Positions 1 to 12,366 of a stretch of 64,000 bases of DNA are shown one piece after another (the first letter of the stretch is position 1; every line of letters begins with the position of its first letter). Location of the stretch: contig JAQFVV010000003.1 of NCBI GenBank assembly GCA_028023455.1, forward strand, positions 17,856,001 to 17,920,000, in the 5' to 3' direction. Below the pieces are notes generated by a model that was not told where the DNA came from, made no database searches, and saw only the letters and a list, made by a program, of their open reading frames with translations. The position numbers and the translations under genes are program-made. The DNA is from Epiperipatus broadwayi (Eukaryota > Animalia > Onychophora).

Positions 1-3000
1 TGGTTGAGTTGTGAATTTGGGGTAATTTTGATTATATATACTATACGTATATGATGAAGATATAAATACAAAAATAGGGTAACTAATCATTTTAGTAATT
101 CAAATTTCTCCAGAAAAAAATCAACTATAACTTTAGGAAATACAGAAATTACAATCTATTATCTATACTTCTAACTTTGAGTGTATCTATTGATAAAGTA
201 TACAATAATTAATATAATTATGTAATTAAAATAACATATCCTCTACAAATTACAATTGATATGTCAAGTTATTTTTTTCCCCAAAGACAATTTTATTCAT
301 AGGAAAAAATATAGCTTTCTCTTGATTCTTGAGGAAATTGCTATTTCTAGAAATATTTATGTATATAGTATATTTACACAAACACATATTGGCTCTACTT
401 GTGTTTATTTTATTCAGATTGCTGATTCTCCCTACTCTCATAAACATATATATACCCTTAAATTTAATAAGCTAATCCTGATCTTTATTAATCACACTTT
501 TTTTAACCTTATGAATGCAGAAAAAACTAAACTCTAATTTTAATCTGTTTCAATATATATAGGTTTTTTTAAGCGAAATATATATTGCTTTCAGATATAT
601 GTAAAATAATAAATAAGTTTTATGACAATATTTCAGAAAAATAACATTCGTCTTATCAGTCTTTCATTAATTCAGATAAAAAACTAAATCTATATTAATG
701 CAAGCACTGACATTGTTGTTACCCATGAATGCATGCCATGGAATCTATTACTCACACAAACTCCTTACTCTTGACAATAAATATATTTATTGCGCAGATG
801 ATAACCTCACTTCCTGGAGTGTTCAGCATAATGATAAATAAACAGAGTCAAAAATTCAATTTTTTGGTTTAAATCTCAACTTGACATTTCTGATCCTTAA
901 ATATCAGATAACATTACAATAAACTAATCCATTCAATTATTTTCTCTTGTGTAATTAATTGCAGTAGTAAAGTTTCCTCTGCTAGAAAGTCACATGATTT
1001 TTCAAGCCACTAATCATTCAATAATGGTATGTTGTATATACTTCACTCTTGGATTACTCTTTCTTCTATTTTGATAATGGTTAGATTTAAAGATAATTAT
1101 TAGAGACTACTTCCTTCATAAATTGCCTCAAATCTGATAATATATTATTCTAATCAAAAAAGCAAGTGACATTACTTTTATAAGCTTGTATTTACAAAAA
1201 TTGCTTTTTTTTGCATATTAATTCTACCACTCAATTCAATTAAACACAATCATAAAAAAAAACATTTACGACAACACTTGTAATATATATATATATTGTA
1301 ATCTAAACCAATAATCACTCCACCCATCCCAAATTACAGATAGTAATTAAAAGTTTGTATAATCAAAACTGATTTAATTACTCTTCCAAATTAGTAATCA
1401 AAAACCCGTCTCATCTCTTCTTTTAAATAAACTTAACTACATTTCCTTATTTGGCCATTTCAATTGTGATATATGTAGAGCATTCTTAATCCAAAATCCC
1501 TGTTTCAAATAACTTTTCAGATTTGTGAATTTTTCAAAACACGTTTTATCTCTTCACTAGAAATCTTTCTGCTTTCAAAGTATTCAAATTAATTAAGAAT
1601 TTAACTAAATATAAATTTTCTTATCTATAATATATAATATTTAGAAAGGAAAAAAGGCCAAGCATCATATATAAACATCATGCAAAATCTACAGAATTCT
1701 TATCTAACTGTTAATCAGACAAAAGTGAGCCATTCCACTTTTGACTACAGCCCAAAAACTTATATGGAAGGCAACTTTTGACAGTAACTATGAGAATAAA
1801 GTTTGATTTGTTGTCTAAATTTGCCTCCCATGTAAGTTCTTGCAAGACTTCCACATTATTTATATACAAAACTTGGATATTTTTTGCTCCAAATACATTA
1901 AATATATCATACTATAATTTCTTACATATACAGTATATACTTTTTGTATGCTGCATATATTATTTTTTAATGAATACAATTATTTAAAATATATGCTTGT
2001 CTTTATATAATAATAATTAAAACAATAAACATGTCCCCTGCTTTGTTAAATTTATTTAAATAATAATAATAATAATAATAATAATTTAAAAACTCATTAA
2101 ACATTAATACGTTTTGATCACTAGGATATGATTATTATATCATAGTAACCATTGCACTAATAAATCTGCCCCCCCCCCCCTTACTGCATTGATTCAAAAG
2201 CTAGACAGCTTATTTGAGAATTTCTTTCTTTTCCTCTGGTGACTTAGCGCAATCACATGGTGACTGAATCAAAAGCTAGAAATTCACAGATAAAAGCTCA
2301 ATCTGTAATTTTTAGTGCTTGAATGTCACATGATTTGGAGGAATTAACCATTAGATTACTTTATTTCTTTTCCACTAAGCAATTGTATGTAATTCTTTTT
2401 AAAGCCCAAAAATCTTTGAAAAGCATATTTTGTCTTCTTCAGAGATTTCTTTCTCTTTTCTATTATTAATTATAACATTGATCATAAATTAATAGTGCTA
2501 TTGCACTGTGATAGACCAAATAAAACAAGAAGTTTATAATATTTAAGCATATTAATTTATAGATATTTAATGAATTTATTTTTCTTTAATTTTCAGTATG
2601 TGCATAATTTCATTTATTTACTATACAGGAGTTTTTTAATGTTTATGTATCCCAAAATTGAATAAAAAATATTAACAAAATAAACTGTAACTCAAAAAAT
2701 GGTAATTTGGCACTGGAGAAAGATTAAAAATCACTTGCATTTTTATCTAGATAATAGATCGATGTCTTTCAATTATAGGTAACTAAATTAAAGGTATTTA
2801 CCTATACTTTCAAAATAAAACTATACATACTCTATTTCCAAATATTCAGCTTGGACTTTGGCTGCTACTTAAATTTACCTAGCATCATATTATATTCATA
2901 ATGTATAGCACTGACCAAGTTTGAATAGTCTCAAACAAACAAATCAGGCACATTTTCATCTTCACTCTTTTATTTTAAAATAATTATTATGCTCACATTA

Positions 3001-3787
3001 TTCACTTTTCTTCAATATGGGCATAGACTTTATCGAGATCAACAACTTGTTGTTTCTGAGAATGTCTTAATTTTAATTAATGCTAATATCCAAATGAATA
3101 TTTATTATCCTAATAAAAACTTCTTTTTCTCCAATATTATCACAATATTACAGACTAATAATGCTCTTTCAAATAATTGATTTTAGAACCTAGTTTATTA
3201 CAGCATCGGTTCATTGAAGCTTATATTAAAATAAACATGTTTAAAGTAAGTCCATTCCAGGTCCACAAACTAGAACAAAGTTACAATTCAAAACCACTGT
3301 TTAAACAAAAATATAATTAAAATAGGTGTAAAAATAATAAAATTAATTTATTTAACTTTTATATGTTATATATGCAAATTTAGAAAGCAAAAGCAATCTC
3401 TTCTTAATGAAAATTACATAAAAGCTATACCATATTCAGCACTCACACCTTGTATACTTTATTCAAATTCTTACTTGGAAATTATTTGTTTCTTAATATC
3501 TAAGTTATTTGTTTTTTCATTCTATTTTATTAATTAGATAGAGTGGATCCATTCTATCTTTTAAAAAGACTTTATCTTGTGTTTGGAAGTGAGAGTATTC
3601 ATTATAAATAGTGTTACATCTGTAAAGCACATGTGCAGTGATTTTAGCCATTCGTTAGTATTATAGTTCATAGTAAATAAATGACACACTAACTCTGTCA
3701 AATAATGTAAATTATTGTATACATATTAACAATCAGAGTAAAAAAAATTCAAAAAATATTAAACACTAATATTATTTTGCCAAGCAC

Positions 3788-3839
3788 TTTCAGTACCATG
3801 TACCAGAATCATGGTGACATATTGGAACTGAAGGGTTAA
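3788..3839. mobile_element. Short palindromic remnant resembling a TTAA-CCCT-type (piggyBac-like) MITE end
   Basis: TTTCAGTACC...GGAACTGAAGGGTTAA with inner ATGTACCA/TGGTGACAT pairing; the right end is AGGGTTAA and the left end is degenerate. Confidence 0.35.
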
Positions 3840-6421
3840 TATTCCAGTGCATGACAAAATTCATAGCCAAAATTATATATGCATCAGAATAAATAATTAT
3901 AAAAAAATTCATTGTGAAAGATACAAATATATAGATAATTGAACTAAATTAATAAGTGATCGTTACAAACCAAAATAAATATTTCTCATATTCTAATTGA
4001 AGGACAAAGGTCCTGATAATATTGTGACATATGTGTGCTATTTCAGTTAATAGTATTCTCTTCTTTCATTTCAGTCTCTGTTGTAAGATTTTTATTTAAA
4101 AACCTGTATAATGTAACACTGTATAGAATTGTTCATTGTATTATATCCCAATATACTCTCTTTATAATTATAAGTGGTTCTCTAAATTATATAATCCCAA
4201 TTTATATAATTTTTAACTTATGTAAACAACTCCCAGAATCTTATAATGCTTCTTAATTTATATTTGTTTCCCCCTGTACTTGTTTTATTTTCACAGAATT
4301 CATTTGCATATTATGTAATTTACCAATTTCAACCATTTTTATATAGTCATTGTTCATATATATGTATACATGTGTGTGTTTATATGTATATTAAAGATTT
4401 CTTAGATATTTAAGATATAAGCATTGAAAATATAAATTTTCCCATGTAAAAAAAATAGATATAATCTCAGTTATGATAGAATCAGGCAACCACCAATTAA
4501 ACCATATGATCTAGCATTTGATTGCCTGCTTACATCTTACCTGAAATTTTATCTAGTTTATAATAAACTAAAACCAACAGAAAGGCAATTCCATCTTTGT
4601 TGAGCATGAAAAAATAATAGTGCATAGATTTAAACCCATGTCTGCTAACATTGTTTACTCAGAAAGACAATGCTAAATACAAGATCAGAGAAGCATTACA
4701 CATAGCAAGCAATCCTAAGTTCATAAATCGAAGAGAAGCAGGCTTTGCCCTGTCCCAAAAATGGCAGTTATAACTAATTTGCATTATTTTGCATAAATTT
4801 TCCTTCTAACAATACAGTTTTTAACAAGATAGTAGCTATGAATATGAGAGCAAAAAGTCTCTAGAAAGCACTCAGCTAAAATAGTATATTTGCTTTCGAT
4901 TATATATACTAGCTTCATTATCTGTGCGTACAACACATATATATATAGTATAGTTTATTATATGAAAAAATTCCAATAATGTTTAATATATATGTTTACT
5001 ATTAAATAATGTAGCATTAGATACATATTTCATTTAGACAGAAAAAAACTATGCTTTCACCTATGTGTTATAAAGAAACAACCTTCACATTCTTTTAAAA
5101 CATTTATTGATGTGGAAGGTTGTCTATTTATAGTGTATACATAGAAAGGTAGTTTTCTTTCATCTAAATTACATGTATATGTTTATATATAAATGATATG
5201 TAAATTAACACTGACCTAAGTTATTATTTATCTCAAGATAGGAGAATATATTTTACAATATACACTTGTTAAAAAATATTTTATTTAAACTTTTCAACTG
5301 TTAGTAATAGCATACAGATTAGTATTTCAAGTGGAACCAGTATCTTCTCTTCTTGAAATAGTGCTGACCTGTTAAGTACACTACTAGCATGTAAATTGAA
5401 CCTGTATCTTCATATTTGAGAATATTGAATTTAAACTGCTCTTATAACAATAGCAAATAATCCCATAAGACAACCTAGTTTGAGCATTTATAATGTTTGG
5501 CTTGTCTTTAGGAAAAGGTAAAAAAATTAGGAAATCATCATAGACAAGCATATGAAATTTCCATAGCCTAGTTAATTTAGAGTGTCACTTTAAAATCAAA
5601 TTAACAAATCTAAAAATCCAAGTTTGATTGCCATGCACACCTGAAAAAGAGAAAATAATACTACTCAAAATATTATGTTATATAATAAACAGAATATTTC
5701 ATATTACTTGTTTTGATGCATAATGAAATAGGTAAGAATAGAAAATTTTATAGAGATAGATGGTTTGTAAGAACAGGATAGTATTGGAGGCAGGTAGTAA
5801 AGCTTTTAGGGACATAAAATGGATAGTAAGAGTTAAAAGAATTGAAGTGAGTTATTAATGTAACAAATTAAGTAGTCATTATTAAACGGAAATAAATTTA
5901 ATTCTTTATGTATATTTGTGTGTGTGATAATATAGATTCACATATTAAATATATTAATTCATATAAATAATATTTTAATAAGGAAAAATAATATGTTTAA
6001 TAATAGGTAATATATTTAGTATATATTATGTTTGTCAAATATGTTTAAAAAGTAATCAAATAATGAGCTCAAGTCTATAATTTGATAAGAATTTAAATTT
6101 TATTTTTATATGCTTTAATTAAACAAGGATGTTTTTAGTTTAATTAAAAATTAGAAGGCAATTGTAGAAATAACAACATGAAGAAATTGTTATCTACTGA
6201 CATTGTATGTAACCATGAGATTTCCAGGTTTTGGTTATAAAAAAAGATTAGAAGCTTGAAAATTTTTATTTATTATTAATTAATGTAAATTTAATAACAA
6301 CATTTGAGTGGCCAGTATTCTAAAGAATCAAGCAAAAAAAAAAGATTACTATCTTATTCCTGCGTTAGCTATAGAAGAGAGTGTGAAACAGAAAAAAAGT
6401 TAAGATAATATTTTTTTGGCT

Positions 6422-6510
6422 GAACTGTTAGCCGAGAGGTCAACGCAGCTACCTTGCAAGCAAGTAGTTGGTTACAGGTGGTTGTTGCGGGTCGCCTCCC
6501 GGCCGATGCT
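6422..6510 (+). ncRNA. tRNA-like gene or pseudogene (copy 1) with an 18-nt anticodon-loop insertion; anticodon TGC or GCA depending on register
   Basis: A-box TAGCCGAGAGG; anticodon stem GCTAC/GTGGT (or CTACC/GGTGG); T-arm GCGGG-TCGCCT-CCCG; 3' CCGATGCT; the 5' acceptor strand is degenerate; colinear with 8899-8987 and 6586-6657. Confidence 0.6.
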
Positions 6511-6585
6511 ATGACATAAGGAGAAAAAAAAATGATTTTTTTACCTTATAAAGATTGTTCAATTTAAGAATATCCAATTAGTCAA

Positions 6586-6657
6586 GCGTTGGTGGCTTAG
6601 CGGTTAGGATAGCTGCCTTCCAAGCAGCCGGCCCGGGTTCGCTTCCCGGTCAACGCT
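6586..6657 (+). tRNA. tRNA-Gly-TCC: tRNA-Gly(TCC), non-canonical variant (gene or young pseudogene)
   Basis: Cloverleaf: acceptor GCGTTGG/TCAACGC, anticodon arm GCTGC-CTTCCAA-GCAGC (TCC at 6619-6621), T arm CCGGG-TTCGCTT-CCCGG; closely resembles the eukaryotic Gly-TCC consensus, but has a weak D stem, C at position 58 and T at 73. Confidence 0.8.
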
Positions 6658-8898
6658 TTGACATATAAAAAAAAAGAACATCCAATTAAACAACTAAAGA
6701 TTCCATTCGATCTGTTCCCATGGATTTCAGAAAGTGTTCCTATAAAATGTTTCTGCACACATCAAGGAAAAAGTCTGAATTTTAATTAGGGAGGGAAACT
6801 TGTCAAATTTCTGATTGCTGACCTGTAAGATTTAAAATCCAATACTGCTTATCACTCCCTTTACTTTCCAAGGAAAGAAAAAGAAAAATGAACTTAAAGC
6901 CATAAAATATGCATATTTTAAGTGTAATTTAACAAAAGTGTTTCTACTAATTTATTCAGTAATATTTACTAAGGCTTTAACCTCAAGACTATGCGTGTAA
7001 AAATGCGATGCCTTAGTAAATATTACTTACGTAATCAATGTGCGTTTAAATAAATTTATAATTTATTCAGCCAAGACTGTAAGTATATAATATTTTTTAT
7101 CTGTTTTGGAATTTTCAAAGGAAAGAAACCTAAAACTTTACTTGAAAAAACTGCAACTTTTATTCATGTATATATCAACTATAGATAGTTACTGTCATTT
7201 ATCAATTTTAGTATTAATGTCATTTATAAATTATAGATTGTTAAAATATCATAGGTTTCCATTTTTCTACATAGGATTGTTGTAAAGTTAAGAGACAATG
7301 TTAAAAATAATTATTATAAGGGAAGCGTTGTTGAAATTATAATCTGAGTTTATCCGCTCGCTTGCTTTTCGGAAAAAAAAAAAAAAAGAGAGACAAAGGG
7401 TATATGTTTAGTTTTAAAAAATCTAACAGAGTAATTAAATAAAATCCTTATATCTGATAAGCATTCTAAATATAGATTAAATTTTAAACTAATCGCACTT
7501 TAACTTAATTTTCTTGCTCTAATTTATAAATGGCTTAAATTAAAAATTAATCTAACTTATATTAATTTTTCCCAAATAATAAATATATTCTTAATAAAAA
7601 AAGAATTGTCTTAAATATTGAATCATTTATACATATATGTGCATGCTGAGGAGTGAGTATAAAAATATTTAGATAGTTGCCCATGTTCAGTCCATGAATG
7701 ATGCAATCAATACTATATAATTAGTAACTGTGAGTTAGCAAAAGCTATAATGGTATTGATATATAAAGTGAAATGATATACAGTACTCTTAAACCTAATG
7801 TAATAAAGCCATTTAATTATATCTCATCATTGCGGTTAATTTGAATTACATAAACAAAGTTGTTTGAACCTTAGTTTTGCCTGCGTTTAAAAGTTGTTTG
7901 GTTATTGATTAGACCTTATACTAAAGAAATCAATGTTTTGAGCTGAGCTATGAATACTTATGTTTATATATAATGAATATTATAAATTAAAATATCCCAA
8001 AGAAAATATAAGAAAGTAGTAAAATAAGCCCACAGCCAATTGTATGATGAATTATATAAGTTCCAGATTTTTCTGTAATCTAATGGCATCCAACCATATT
8101 GGTCTAAAGCACCTGCATATAAGGATGATGCAGAGAATACAATATAAATAATCATAAAATTAATGTGTTAGTTATTGCCAATAGTTACATATATATGAGG
8201 AGTTTAAATAGTTTTAATTTTTCTAAAGATAAATTACTGCTAAAATACAATCAACACAAATTTTCAGACAAACACTATTCTCTAATGTAATTTTCATTAA
8301 ATATTTTGATATATTTATTTTATTTATCCTGTAATAATTCAGGGATCTTTATTTTTTTACGCTTGATTAGTTTCCGGAAAAATTGCATGTAGATTGAATT
8401 TGTGATCAACGTTTAATTAATATTATAGATTAATAAAAGTGCATAATTTATTTTTAAATATTGATTTATGCTGCTGAAACATGTACACTCAAAAAAAGAA
8501 ATATATGCATTTGAATTGTGCCATAACCAGGGAGTACTTCTAACTCTCTAGATTACCACAGAAAATAATATGCTTATTTTAGACAACCATAAAACTGTCA
8601 AGCGACTATCAGTGCTAATCAGGAGATAAATGTCATCTTTCAGATACATAGTGAATAGAATTAACATTATAGAAAAGTATCTTTACAAATAACAAGCATC
8701 ATTTTTTCAAGTGATAAATCTTAAATATTTAGATATTAATATCATGGACAAGTTAAACACTGACAATCATTTATTAAACATGTTAAATTTCATATATTTT
8801 TTATGTATAGTGAAGTCATGATATCCATTACATTTTATTTCAAGCGCCCTTTGAGTATATTGTACATCATGTATAATAAGCTCGTTTCGTATTGTCAA

Positions 8899-8987
8899 GC
8901 ATTGTTAGCCGAGAGGTTAGTGCAGCCGCCTTGCAAACAAGCAATTGTTTGCAGACGGTTGTTGCAGGTTCGCCTCCTGCCGATGCT
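8899..8987 (+). ncRNA. tRNA-like gene (copy 2) with an 18-nt intron-like anticodon-loop insertion
   Basis: Acceptor (A)GCATTG/CGATGC(T), A-box TAGCCGAGAGG, T arm GCAGG-TTCGCCT-CCTGC; the insertion forms a 9-bp hairpin TGCAAACAA/TTGTTTGCA with the anticodon; TATAATAA about 27 nt upstream. Confidence 0.65.
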
Positions 8988-9130
8988 ATGACATATGGAA
9001 AAACAAAACTTTGATTACATCAGAATAAATATTACCCATTGAATTGCAAGCATACAGTATTTTTTAATATGCATATATATAGCACAGACATTTATATATA
9101 TATATATAATATGCATCTATAAATTAAAAT

Positions 9131-11860
9131 TATCATCATTGTCAACCATTATTAATATACTGCAGGATGAAGATCTCCAAATTCAATCCATCTCTGATCT
9201 ATAGCCTCTTTTCTCCACTCCTGCACACTTTTTTTATTTCATCCATCTATCTCACATATCGTCTATTTCTGGGTCTTTTACAATCTCTTGGAATCCCATT
9301 TGATTTCAATTGTCCATCTATTATCATCTCTTCTAGCAATATGTCCAGCCCAACTCCTAATAACTCTTGCAACATTTCCTGATGCTCTAAAGTATTATTT
9401 GCAAAAACAACTACACTATTTTCAAAATCTAAGTGACTTACATAATCTCCATTTACTTTTACTTTTTTAGCTTCCCATTTTAATCCACAAAATACTTCTT
9501 ACAGCACTGCTGTAAAAAGTTTTGGAAATATGGAGTCACCCTGTCTTATACTCTTCTCAATATTAACCTTCGTAGTATCGTTATGTAATTTAATTCTTGC
9601 TATTGCATTTTTATAAATATTCTTCAGAGTATGGCAGTATCCTGGGTCGATATCTTAATAATCCAATGCTTTAATTGCTGAAGAAATGCTTATAGAATCA
9701 AATGGCTTTTCGTAATCTACAAATCAAAGCATAATGGCAACTCATACTCATTGGTCCTTTCTATAATTTCTCTCAATATTTGGATATGATCTATTGTTTT
9801 ACTTTTAAATCCAGTTTGTTCTCTTGGTTGGTTGAAATCCAACATTCTCTGTAGACGAGTTGTAATTATCTTGGTAAAAATTTTGTATAAAATTGATAAA
9901 ATGCTAATAGATCTGTAATTTCTAATATCTTCCTTATCATCTTTTTAAAATATTAATGTTAATACTGCATTTTTTCAATCATCTGGTACATCTTTATCAT
10001 TTAGACTTTTGGTATATAACTTTGCCAAAAAATTTCTATTTCTTCACCTGCCATTTTCAATATATCAATTATAATTCCATCATTACCTGGAGCCTTTCCT
10101 TTCTTCATAAATTTAACTGCATGTCTCACTTCTTCATTTAAAATTCTGGACAATTCAGAAGATATAATAAATGTAGGAAGTACTGGTTCTTTATTATTAT
10201 ATAATTCTTGATAGAACTTTTCTTCCCATTTTATTATGTCATTTCTCTTTTTAGTAATAATTCCATCTTCTTTTCTTATTGCAGATATAAGTTTCCTACC
10301 AATATCAAAATGTTGTTTTACACTCTTGAGACTTTTATTCTCTTCTACAGCTTTCCTTACCAGTTCACAATTATACTTTCTTATATCATTATCAACTCTT
10401 TTTAACACCACTTTAAAAAATTTGAGATATTCAATCCTTTTTAATGCATCATTTTTATATATCTTCATATTCATTCTTTTCTTCATAAATTCTTTAGTCT
10501 CAATAGAACTTTTATTGATCAATTGCTGCTTTTTTCTACCAGCTATCATTGTTGCAGTTTTTAAAAGTGTATCAGTTATTTTCCTATTAATTTCATTCAA
10601 ATCTGAATCATGTTCAAAATCTACTAATACTTGAAACTGATTTGTAAGTTCTAATCTAAATTCATTAGAATGTTTCTGAAGATTAGGAATATCAACTAAG
10701 TATTGTTTTTTTAATAATTTTTGTCTCTCTGGTTTTGCATTAACATGTATCTTCTTACATCTTATTAATGAATAATCACTTCCTGTGTTGAATTTAATAA
10801 GGACATTACAATCTTGAAATATGTATTTTCTATTAGTCAAAATATAATCTAATTCTGCTATACTTTCATTTGAATGCTTCCACATCCATTTCCTTTTAAA
10901 AATTTTCTCAAAAAAGTAATTCATAATATAAAGTTTTTCTTTTTCTGCAAACTTCACAAGTCTATGTCCTCTCTTATTTCTATTACTATAACCAAATTTA
11001 TCTATAGAACTTTCATCTTTCATTTGTTTATCAATTCTTGCATTAAAGTCTCCCATAACAATTGAAAAATGTTGTTTAGTCTGATCAAAAGCCTTTTGTA
11101 CATCCACATAAAAATCTTCTACTACTTCATTGCTATAAGCACTTGTTGGAGCATTAACTGAATTATCTGCATTTGGTATCTGCTATTAAGTTGAATACTA
11201 ATCTTCCCACTCTGTCTGATATACCATCAATCTCCACAATGTTGTTCTTCCATTTTTTATTTATAATGAATCCTACTCCACTTGTACTTCCAATATTTGT
11301 GCCTTTGCAGTGGAGTACATATCCACTTTTTAAATCAATTGTCTCTTCACCTTTTCTTCTAACTTCACAAAGTCAAAATAATGTCCCATTTAATATGACA
11401 CTTCTTCCAATTCTTGTCATCTTTCTTCACTTGAAAGTAATCTGCAGTTGTAAATGCCTAAATAAAAACGTCATCATCAAATGGCAGCCTCTGTCTGCAA
11501 TAAGGGGATTAGCACTCTCTGCCTTTGGCCATCAACTGCTGCCTCCTGGGAATAAGGGTCATGATTTATTTTTGTCTGACATTATTGTATATATCTATTA
11601 GAAAAAAAATTTCATTCATGCACACACACACATTCAATCAGCTTTATCAGGCAACTGAGAAGAAAGACTATGATGTTTCTTGATCTTAAACTCAGAGGTA
11701 AAAAGCCAATAAACTCACCACACTGGCTAATGCATGTTGGTAAGCAGCTCATCCATGTTATTATACTATATGAATAATCACATAGTAATAATAGCTGCAA
11801 TGACAAGAATGTATGAAGTGGATATTAGGAATTTGGCTTACTTGGTTCCTTTAAGGCCTC
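9131..11860 (-). mobile_element. RTE-clade non-LTR retrotransposon, near full length, decayed, with an internal deletion in the C-terminal part
   Basis: ORF 10001-11107: APE endonuclease motifs (GDFNA, LDYIL, GSDY) and GKAPGNDG; further frameshifted RT motifs DYEKPFDS and RQGDSIFPKLF; (GAT)n-like 3' tail near 9132; 5' UTR homologous to 38476-38740. Confidence 0.9.
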
Positions 11861-12026
11861 CTTTCAGTTAACAGCAAAGTCCTTTCTGCAGCCAAATTAA
11901 AATTATAATCTATACAAAGTTTCAAAAAATAATAATGTAGTTATTAATAACAAACTGAGCAGCACATTTACATAAATATTTATTTAAACAAGCATCTATT
12001 TTTATAGCGCGATGTTTATAATTGTA

Positions 12027-12366
12027 ATTGACTAAATATCAGTCTTTTACAGCTACTGTACATGTGCTTTAATGAGTGTTAAATAATAAATGCTTTTCAG
12101 TGCCCATACAAGATATCATTAAGTCAGACAACGCGAACCGTAATTTAAAATGAATGATCTATCTTCATGCTTTATTTGCCAGTACTTAAGATTTGCCCAT
12201 ATATATACATTTGGGTTAGGAAAGAATACGTGGATTCACTTTTAGGATTCATTTTATTCTTTCTTAAATGCTATATCTTGTATGGGCACTGAAAAGTATT
12301 CATTTATTATTTAACACTCATTAAAGTGCATGTACAGTAGCTGTAAAAGGCTGATATTTAGTGAAT
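12027..12366. mobile_element. MITE-like or fold-back element with about 86-bp terminal inverted repeats
   Basis: 12031-12116 is the near-perfect reverse complement of 12273-12362; non-coding spacer of about 156 bp. Confidence 0.7.

Noticed and set aside
2169-2180. Homopolymer C/G runs (also near 32724 and 62063) as G-quadruplex elements
   Set aside because: Isolated single runs with no supporting context
6422-8987. Class II, nev-tRNA-like or selenocysteine tRNA reading of the long tRNA-like genes
   Set aside because: If the extra sequence is placed in the variable arm the anticodon stem does not pair (GCTAC/GCAAG; GCCGC/ACAAG); there is no TCA anticodon or 9/4 acceptor-T geometry
11485-11600. 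HDV-like ribozyme at the RTE 5' end
   Set aside because: A GCTAA-TCCCC segment resembles J4/2-P2, but I could not build the nested double pseudoknot, and the 38.3-kb copy does not keep it
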